A DNA stretch of 32,048 nt from a candidate division WOR-3 bacterium (lineage in GTDB: Bacteria > Hydrothermota > Tepidihabitantia > Tepidihabitantales > JAOUPE01), in contig JBDRUX010000014.1 of the NCBI GenBank assembly GCA_039801565.1, positions 1-32,048 of the forward strand, in the 5' to 3' direction. The position numbers and the translations under genes are program-made. A model generated the notes under the pieces. The model ran no database searches, was not told the DNA's origin, and was given only the letters and a program-made list of their open reading frames with translations. Position 1 is the stretch's first letter. Each line of letters opens with the position of its first letter. Shown one piece after another: positions 10,067 through 16,819 of the stretch.

Positions 10067-10575
10067 ATACCGAAGCATTAAAAGCCTTAACATTGGCGAA
10101 ACAGGCTGAACAGACCAGTCTAAATAATTATCTCAATTTCGCCTTAGAGACTCAGGATGAGACTGGGAAAAATATGTTTATCCGCTTGGCAATGGACGAA
10201 TTTGACCATTGGCGTCTTTTAGAACAACAGGAACAAAATCTTCAGCAAAATGAATGCTTTTCCAAAGTCACAATCGAACCTTCAATAATTGAAAAATTGG
10301 TGCCCCAGCTTTCTGATAAAACGATAAGAATTCGGGGCAAACAGGGCATTGACCAAATCAGTGCGTTAAGAACTGCTTTGGATTTAGAAGACCAGGCAAT
10401 CAAATTCTATCACCACCAAGCCCAGACGGTACCGGACCAAAATGCCAAAGCGATGTATGAACGATTAGCAGCGATGGAACAGGCACACTACGAATTACTC
10501 CAGGCCGAAATTGATGCGATTGAAAAGACTGGCTTTTGGTTTAACATTCGAGAATTTTCATTAGAGGCGGAATGA
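10063..10575 (+). CDS. Rubrerythrin-like ferritin-family di-iron protein 3
   Basis: AEQTS..Y, DEFDH, LEDQA..FY, MEQAH; C-terminal GFWF...EFSLE. Confidence 0.88.
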   Translation: MNTEALKALTLAKQAEQTSLNNYLNFALETQDETGKNMFIRLAMDEFDHWRLLEQQEQNLQQNECFSKVTIEPSIIEKLVPQLSDKTIRIRGKQGIDQISALRTALDLEDQAIKFYHHQAQTVPDQNAKAMYERLAAMEQAHYELLQAEIDAIEKTGFWFNIREFSLEAE

Positions 10576-10608
10576 CTTTTTAGAATTATTTTAAAAGGAG
10601 TTCAATAA

Positions 10609-11103
10609 ATGTTAAATAAAAATTTAACAATGCTGGAAATCTACGGTATTGCCATCAAATCTGAAATCGATGCCGCAAAGGCTTATAGTGAAATGAAAAA
10701 CCGAATCGAAAATCCCGATCTAAAGAAGAAGCTTGGGTTCTTAAAAAATGAAGAGACAAAACACCGAAAATTACTAACTACCCAGTATAAAAATCAATTT
10801 CCGGATGTGAAGTTGAGTTTACCCAAACAGGGCTTAGCCCCGAAGTTGAACCTTGCCTTAGAAAATAACGCCCCACTTGCCAAACTCTTCGAATTGGCAA
10901 TGGCAGCAGAAAATGATTCCGAAAGATTCTATGCCGAAGCGGCAAAACAAGCACAGGACCCAACGGGCAAAAAATTACTTCACTATTTAAGTGGTATGGA
11001 ACGGAGCCACTATTATCTCTTAAAAGCCGAATACGACTTAATTCAACAGTTTGAGAAATTTGAAAGTTATAAGAAATTTTCTCAAGAACACATAGGACCT
11101 TAA
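10609..11103 (+). CDS. Rubrerythrin-like ferritin-family di-iron protein 4
   Basis: AIKSEIDA...Y, EETKH, AENDS..FY, MERSH. Confidence 0.88.
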   Translation: MLNKNLTMLEIYGIAIKSEIDAAKAYSEMKNRIENPDLKKKLGFLKNEETKHRKLLTTQYKNQFPDVKLSLPKQGLAPKLNLALENNAPLAKLFELAMAAENDSERFYAEAAKQAQDPTGKKLLHYLSGMERSHYYLLKAEYDLIQQFEKFESYKKFSQEHIGP

Positions 11104-12314
11104 TGGCAAAAATCTATCTCGACCATTCGGCAACGACCCCATTGCATCCAGAAGTCAAGCAAGCAATGGAACCCTACTTGACCGAAGCCTTTGGTAATCC
11201 GCAAAGTCTCCATTCTTTTGGCAATACCGCCAAACAAGCGATTGAAGAAGCACGCAGCAAAGTTGCCCAATTGATTGGTGCCCAACCCGAAGAAATCTAT
11301 TTTACAGCTTCGGGTGCGGAGAGTAACAATTTTGCTCTAAAGGGTATTGCCTGGGCGTATAGAGAAAAAGGTAATCACATTATCACCTCAGCGATTGAAC
11401 ATCACTCAGTTCTTTATTCCGCCAAGACCTTGAGCAAATGGGGCTATGAGATTACCACTGTGCCGGTTGATAAATATGGTATAGTTGACCCCGATACTGT
11501 CCGAAAGGCAATAAAGAAGACGACGATTCTTATCTCGATTATGCATGCCAACAACGAGATTGGCACTATCGAACCGATTAAAGAAATTGCTCGGATTGCG
11601 CAAGAACATAAAATTCCTTTTCATTCGGATGGGGTAGCAACCGTTGGACAAATCCCAGTAAATGTTGACGATTTGGGTATCTCGGCTTTAAGCTTAGCCG
11701 GACATACCTTTTATGGTCCAAAAGGTGCGGCGGCTCTCTATCTAAGAAAGGGGACGCGAATAATGCCTTTAATCGAAGGTGGTGTTCAGGAAGGTGGTCG
11801 CCGGGGCGGGACTGAGAATGTTGCCGGTATCGTTGGTTTGGGCAAAGCCTGTGAATTAGCCCAAAGGGAAATGGTAAAAAGAATCGAACACACTCAACGC
11901 CTACGCGACCGAATCATTCAAGAACTACCCGCAAAAATCGAAAGAACTTATCTTACCGGTCATCCCGAAAAGCGGCTGCCCAATCATGCCAGTTTCTGTA
12001 TTGAGTTTATTGAGGGTGAAGCGATGTTGCTTTTTCTTGATGACGAAGGAATCGCCGCTGCTTCGGGTTCGGCTTGCACTTCTCGGGCGCTCAAAGCCTC
12101 GCATGTTCTTTTGGCGCTTGGTATTGACCATGCTTTAGCCCAGGGTTCAATTGTCTTCACCTTAGGCAAAGATAATTCTGATTCGGATATTGATGCCCTT
12201 TTAACTAAATTGCCCCCAATCGTTGAACGCTTACGCCAGATGTCACCATTATATGCCAAATTCCAGAAAGGCGAAAAATTAGAAGGAGGTAAAGAGTGTA
12301 TTCGGAAAAAGTGA
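11103..12314 (+). CDS. iscS: Cysteine desulfurase (IscS/NifS type)
   Basis: IYLDHSATTP, FGNPQSLH, FTASGAESNN, HANNEIG, SGSACTS catalytic Cys loop; the usual PLP-lysine motif SxHK reads AGHTFYGPKG here. Confidence 0.93.
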   Translation: MAKIYLDHSATTPLHPEVKQAMEPYLTEAFGNPQSLHSFGNTAKQAIEEARSKVAQLIGAQPEEIYFTASGAESNNFALKGIAWAYREKGNHIITSAIEHHSVLYSAKTLSKWGYEITTVPVDKYGIVDPDTVRKAIKKTTILISIMHANNEIGTIEPIKEIARIAQEHKIPFHSDGVATVGQIPVNVDDLGISALSLAGHTFYGPKGAAALYLRKGTRIMPLIEGGVQEGGRRGGTENVAGIVGLGKACELAQREMVKRIEHTQRLRDRIIQELPAKIERTYLTGHPEKRLPNHASFCIEFIEGEAMLLFLDDEGIAAASGSACTSRALKASHVLLALGIDHALAQGSIVFTLGKDNSDSDIDALLTKLPPIVERLRQMSPLYAKFQKGEKLEGGKECIRKK

Positions 12315-12691
12315 TGGAGCATTTTCGTAATCCCCGTAATGTCGGTGAGATTGAAGATGCGGATGGGATTGGTGAGGTCGGCAACCCAGTCTGTGGCGAT
12401 ATGATGACTTTTTACATTAAAGTCGAAAATAATCGTTTGACCGATGTCAAATTTAAGACCTTTGGTTGTGGTGCCGCAATCGCGGTCTCCAGTATGGTCT
12501 CGGAAATGGCAAAGGGAAAAACAATCGAAGAGGCATTAAAGATAACTAATCAAATGGTGGCACAGGAATTAGGTGGCTTACCGGCAAATAAATTGCACTG
12601 TTCTAATTTAGGGGCGGATGCGCTTCATAAAGCAATTGAAAATTATCTAAGCAAAAAAGGGGGACAAGGTGCCAAAGACCAAAAAACCTAA
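12296..12691 (+). CDS. iscU: Fe-S cluster scaffold (IscU/NifU N-terminal type)
   Basis: YSEKVMEHFRNPRNVG, GNPVCGD, FKTFGCGAAIA, KLHCS; GTG start with GGAGG RBS. Confidence 0.96.
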   Translation: MYSEKVMEHFRNPRNVGEIEDADGIGEVGNPVCGDMMTFYIKVENNRLTDVKFKTFGCGAAIAVSSMVSEMAKGKTIEEALKITNQMVAQELGGLPANKLHCSNLGADALHKAIENYLSKKGGQGAKDQKT

Positions 12692-12842
12692 AAGATGTCT
12701 CTGTCCTTTCTGTGATGAACCATTATTACCTGATTCATCGTTTTGCCAGACCTGTAAGGTTGAAATCATTTTCTGTAAAAAGTGTGGCGCACCAATCCCG
12801 AAGAATGCGAACCGCTGCCCAAAATGCAAAACTAAGAAATAA
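12669..12842 (+). CDS. Small double zinc-ribbon protein (57 aa, absent from the ORF track)
   Basis: GTG start; MPKTKKPKRCLCPFCDEPLLPDSSFCQTCKVEIIFCKKCGAPIPKNANRCPKCKTKK with four CxxC pairs; fills the operon gap. Confidence 0.8.
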   Translation: MPKTKKPKRCLCPFCDEPLLPDSSFCQTCKVEIIFCKKCGAPIPKNANRCPKCKTKK

Positions 12843-12874
12843 ACTGTTATGACTCAAAGGACTCAGCGGCAATA

Positions 12875-13360
12875 ATGACGAAAGATAAGATGACGCTCAT
12901 CCTATTCAGTGGCGATTTGGACAAAGCTTTAGCTGGTTTTAACCTTGCTACCGCTGCCGCTTCGATGGGTATGGAAGTCGTTATCTTTTATACCTTTTGG
13001 GGACTAAATATCTTACGCAAGGAGAAAAACCAAACAAGGTCCGCCTCCGGCGGATTAAAACGAAAACTATTTGGGATGATAAATAAAGGCGGCGTTAATA
13101 AATTGCCGCTCTCCCGATTCCATCTGGCAGGGCTTGGCACTAAGATGATGAAACAATTGATGAAGGAGATGAAATTTCCCTCGCTATATGAGTTGATGAA
13201 ACTTGCCAAAAGCCTTGGGGTAAAATTCGTTGCCTGCACCACCACAATGGGAATGATGGGATTAACTAAAGACGATTTAATTCCGGAAGTCGATGAATAC
13301 GCCGGGGCAGCAACTTATCTTGCCAATGCCCAAGAGTCAAAAATAAACTTATTCTTATGA
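12875..13360 (+). CDS. DsrE/DsrF/DrsH-like (DrsE_2) sulfur-relay protein
   Basis: LILFSGDLDKALA...AASMG.EV.IFYTFWGL, ACTTTMGMMG, GAATYL. Confidence 0.92.
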   Translation: MTKDKMTLILFSGDLDKALAGFNLATAAASMGMEVVIFYTFWGLNILRKEKNQTRSASGGLKRKLFGMINKGGVNKLPLSRFHLAGLGTKMMKQLMKEMKFPSLYELMKLAKSLGVKFVACTTTMGMMGLTKDDLIPEVDEYAGAATYLANAQESKINLFL

Positions 13361-13635
13361 TAAAAGCCGATGCCGAATTGGATTGTCTTGGACTTTATTG
13401 TCCAATGCCAATTGCTAAAACTGTTGAGAAGATGAAAGAGTTAAAACCAGGTGAGATTTTAGCAATCTTAGCCGACGACGAAGGCATCAAAAGTGATATA
13501 CCCGCTTGGTGCCAAGCTACCGGCAACGAATTATTAGCAATCCAAGAAGAAAACGGCAAATACCGAATTTTTATTCGAAAAAAAAGGAGGCTAAATGGAA
13601 AAATGGGAATGTCTGGTCTGCGGTTATATTTATGA
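13357..13635 (+). CDS. Sulfur carrier protein, TusA/SirA family
   Basis: [11 protein letters not shown] motif, [20 protein letters not shown]-terminal extension overlaps the rubredoxin gene (see findings). Confidence 0.9.
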   Translation: MIKADAELDCLGLYCPMPIAKTVEKMKELKPGEILAILADDEGIKSDIPAWCQATGNELLAIQEENGKYRIFIRKKRRLNGKMGMSGLRLYL

Positions 13636-13792
13636 CCCAGAAAAAGGCGACCCAGAGAATGGCGTTGAACCTGGGACACCATTTGAGGAATTACCTGATG
13701 ACTGGGTCTGCCCGGAATGCGGGGCATCTAAAGACCAGTTTGAGCCCTATGGTCGTGGTGAACCAGAAACACCAACACCACCTCAACCTTAG
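13595..13792 (+). CDS. Rubredoxin
   Basis: [17 protein letters not shown]...[27 protein letters not shown]. Confidence 0.95.
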   Translation: MEKWECLVCGYIYDPEKGDPENGVEPGTPFEELPDDWVCPECGASKDQFEPYGRGEPETPTPPQP

Positions 13793-13979
13793 GACGAGGT
13801 GTAACGCTAACACTGGGAATTGTTATGATTTCAGCCTCTGTTACTAAGAAAGGAGGCACACGAATTAAATAAAAATTGAGAAATTCGGAATTTGTATAAT
13901 GCTAATTAGCCTGGACTAAAAATTATGGTTAAATGCGCAATCATTTAAGCAAATCTTAAACAGGAAGGAGGTGAGCAAA

Positions 13980-14135
13980 ATGAAAAAGAAGCCAGCCAAA
14001 AAGGTGAAAAGGGTGACAAAACCAAAAGGACCGGTCTATCTCTGCCGAACCTGCGGTCTGGAACTTGTTGTCACCAAAGAGGGCGCTGGTATGACCAATT
14101 TGGTCTGCTGTAATCAGGTAATGGAAAAGAAATAA
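13980..14135 (+). CDS. Desulforedoxin-like small Fe(Cys)4 protein with Lys-rich N-terminus (51 aa, absent from the ORF track)
   Basis: AAGGAGGT RBS; MKKKPAKKVKRVTKPKGPVYLCRTCGLELVVTKEGAGMTNLVCCNQVMEKK with YxCxxCG...LVCC..M. Confidence 0.8.
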   Translation: MKKKPAKKVKRVTKPKGPVYLCRTCGLELVVTKEGAGMTNLVCCNQVMEKK

Positions 14136-14144
14136 GGAGGCAAG

Positions 14145-14435
14145 ATGCCAATTGTTGATATAAGTGTTGTGCCGGTCGGGACCAAAACGACTAGTGTTCG
14201 GAAGTATGTCCAAACTGCGGTAGCGGTAATAAAGAAGAGCGGTCTAAAATTTCAGGTCTCATCTATGGGAACAGCCATCGAAGGGGAATTGGACAAAATC
14301 TTTAAGACGGTTCAAGAAATTCACGAAGCCTGTTTTAGGAAAGGGGCAAAAAGGCTCCTCACCACAATTAAGATTGACGACCGACGCGACAAAAAACAGA
14401 CAATGGAAGATAAAATCAAAGCGGCATTAGGGTAA
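14145..14435 (+). CDS. MTH1187/YkoF-like thiamine-binding protein family
   Basis: ISVVPVGT...SV..YV, MGTAIEGE, TTIKIDDRRDK. Confidence 0.92.
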   Translation: MPIVDISVVPVGTKTTSVRKYVQTAVAVIKKSGLKFQVSSMGTAIEGELDKIFKTVQEIHEACFRKGAKRLLTTIKIDDRRDKKQTMEDKIKAALG

Positions 14436-14550
14436 ACTGGTTTTCGGCTTCGCAAGACATTGCTTTTTCTGGTTTAGTTGTCCGCCTCAGGCGGATATTT
14501 ACTACCGGGAGCGCTACGACTCTTTGGCAACCATAAACTGATTAAACAAC

Positions 14551-14668
14551 CCAAAGGGGCTGTGCCCCTTTGAAATCCCCAAAAATCAGTTGTTGGTAAT
14601 TGGTTGTTCGGTATTAGACTAAAAACCAACAACCAAAAACTAAAAACTATGAGGGGTTGCCCCTCATC
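14551..14668. repeat. REP-like palindromes enclosing inverted heptamer arrays
   Basis: caaaggggc-tgt-gcccctttg; agttgttggtaattggttgtt facing actaaaa accaaca accaaaa actaaaa; atgagggg-ttg-cccctcat. Confidence 0.7.
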
Positions 14669-14771
14669 TTAAACTTTGGCATTTCCCCGAGGCAATGAAC
14701 CAAAATCAATAAGTTCGTCTTTTAGTTTCGGTCTCCAATACGCCTGCGGTCGCTTCGATTAGTTTTAAAAA

Positions 14772-15719
14772 CTATTGGCGCCAGCGGGTTGGCTTGCCGC
14801 GAACATCAATATGAATACAAGGTCCGATTCGAGAAGTCGAGCGATACCAGCCCAATCCCCCCACCAATTCAGGGTGTTCCATATCTAATTCATTAGCCAG
14901 GTCGAAAAGGATTTTCGAGTCTTTGGAATTACAGCGTCCATCGCCGTTTAAATCATCAATCATCCCGTTATTATCCTCATCAATGAAGATATCCGCGGCA
15001 CCACCATAGATATGGGCGCTATGTCTTCCGCCGCCGCCACCGGCATTAAAGCGCGGTGGCCGATAACCGCTAAAGACAACCAACTTCGAACATTGATAAC
15101 CGCTATTACGAATCTTTGCCAGCAACAGTTCCAATTTTATTATCAGCTCTTCTTTTAAGGCCAAGTATTTTGGGTAATCGCTCGGTTGTCGGCAGACAAA
15201 CTCTTTCAAAGTGAAGTTAGGAGAAAGCGGGGTGTTTTCAACCTCGGGGGTTACTTCAATAAATCCTTTTGGTTTGGTCAATTTTGGATGAGGCGAAGGC
15301 GATTTTGGGTACGACCCAATCAAATAACCATTCAAGCGACTGCCTTTTAAATTCTCAAACGGCACCATCACAAAGATGTTAATCGTCTTAATTGAGCCAT
15401 TCGTAATGATTAAAGGATAAAGACCAGGTGTTTGGGGTGCAATCCAGATTTTCTCGGTCTGACCTTTATCCAAAAGGCTGCCACCCGAACTAATCCAGCC
15501 ATAGTTTTTTGAATTAGAAGTACTTTTAGGAACAATTCGGATTGGTAACGACTCGCCAGGTAACACAAAGCGGGCTAAGACATTCCAATCGTAAATCTGT
15601 TCACCAATTTCTAAGGCAAATTGGTAGGTATCTTGGTTTAAATCCAAGTCAACGACCGGGGCGATACCGGGCGCTGTGACCGAAAAAAGCGAAAAAAAGA
15701 ACCAGAACCCAAAAGCCAT
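14772..15719 (-). CDS. Peptidase M15A family (D-Ala-D-Ala Zn carboxypeptidase-like), exported
   Basis: LSPNFTLKEFVC, SGYRPP.FN, SAHIYGGAADI, HIDVRG motifs; DxNxDG loop; hydrophobic N-terminus. Confidence 0.88.
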   Translation of the reverse strand: MAFGFWFFFSLFSVTAPGIAPVVDLDLNQDTYQFALEIGEQIYDWNVLARFVLPGESLPIRIVPKSTSNSKNYGWISSGGSLLDKGQTEKIWIAPQTPGLYPLIITNGSIKTINIFVMVPFENLKGSRLNGYLIGSYPKSPSPHPKLTKPKGFIEVTPEVENTPLSPNFTLKEFVCRQPSDYPKYLALKEELIIKLELLLAKIRNSGYQCSKLVVFSGYRPPRFNAGGGGGRHSAHIYGGAADIFIDEDNNGMIDDLNGDGRCNSKDSKILFDLANELDMEHPELVGGLGWYRSTSRIGPCIHIDVRGKPTRWRQ

Positions 15720-15940
15720 GACAGGTCATCATTAAAACAAAAAAAATTTCAACTGTCAATAGCGAATTAAAGCGGAAAGTTTTTCAGGCAGGAGGCAGGC
15801 ACAAGTTACCTGCCCCCTTTGCCTGCTTCCCTTTCGCTTCCCGGTTAGAAGACCATAAGCGTTAAATCGACGAAGTCGATTCTCTTACTTTCCAGACCTC
15901 GAAAGGAACGATCGGCTACGCCGATTAGAAAGAAATCTTC

Positions 15941-16312
15941 TTATGGACCAGGTGCAGCTAAAGTGAAGACGACATCGCGAATCCGCTCAAGGATTGCCTG
16001 GGTAAAGCCATCCGCTACCCAGCGCTGTAAGACAATGTTCGCTCGATTGAGTAGCGTGGCACCAGCAAACTCCCGCACCAGTTTAAAGCATTGTCGGGCG
16101 AAGTTGAGATAAAAGGGGTATTGGGTGGTGGAGATTCCTTCTTCATCAAGGACTGTCTTTACGCGATCTTCCATTGAGGCGAGGGCTGGGAACAGCTCTT
16201 CGATTTGCGGTTTCATCATATCCTTTAAGCGTCCGACTTTGGTAGAGAGGGCATCGCCGGATAGGTTGGCTTCCCATTTTTGGATTCGGCGGTAGGCGTT
16301 TCGTACTGCCAT
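15941..16312 (-). CDS. 123-aa alpha-helical protein resembling the SIRV2-type (rudivirus/Adnaviria) major capsid protein
   Basis: Strong RBS (GAAAGGAGGTG) before ATG 16312. Pattern R-x4-R-x2-KW-x-A...ST...P-x3-S-x4-V-x2-VL-x3-GI-x7-Y-x2-F...G-x2-L-x-N-x2-N matches the SIRV2 coat protein sequence as I recall it. The gene itself is well supported; the homology needs an HMM or structure check. Confidence 0.72.
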   Translation of the reverse strand: MAVRNAYRRIQKWEANLSGDALSTKVGRLKDMMKPQIEELFPALASMEDRVKTVLDEEGISTTQYPFYLNFARQCFKLVREFAGATLLNRANIVLQRWVADGFTQAILERIRDVVFTLAAPGP

Positions 16313-16417
16313 AATCACACCTCCTTTCCCTGCCATCCCCGTCAACCTTTCCCAGCCTTCCCGGGTTACTGGGCGACTTGTCGTTTCCGGTTTTAGGCAG
16401 ATTATCCATTAAATTTT

Positions 16418-16548
16418 AACCGCTGAGACAGCAGAGATGTAGAATGGAGGTATATGGTAAGAAATGCCAAGATTCCAAAGCCTTTATTGTCTTGTTTTTG
16501 GTTTAAATAAGTTATTATTTTTCCACTACCTCTGCTATCTCAGTGATT
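16418..16548. repeat. Imperfect ~24-bp inverted repeat enclosing an AT-rich spacer
   Basis: aaccgctgagacagcagagatgtag (16418-16442) versus ctacctctgctatctcagtgatt (16526-16548). Confidence 0.7.
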
Positions 16549-16754
16549 AGATTTATTCCTCTTCATCCACGGTTATAATTCTTCTCTGTGACCTCAGTGT
16601 TCTCTGTGGTTCAATTCTTTGCTCTAAGTCTCATTCGTATCATTAGTTATCATTCGATTCATTCGCATAACTCCAGATTGTCAAAGAGCGATTTTTATTA
16701 TTCTCACCAATATTAGACGGCAGAAATAAAAAATGTGACAGGGAAATTGCAGGC

Positions 16755-16782
16755 TTGACATAATAAAAAATTAAAGTATCTT
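16755..16782 (+). promoter_or_regulatory. Probable sigma70 promoter of the R-M operon
   Basis: TTGACA-N16-TATCTT upstream of ATG 16820. Confidence 0.5.
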
Positions 16783-16819
16783 TGAATAATCAAACGCTTT
16801 TGAATAGGCTTTAAATAAT

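Noticed and set aside
16146..16409. 87-aa alternative-frame ORF overlapping the capsid-like gene
   Set aside because: No RBS or motif; the strong RBS belongs to ATG 16312
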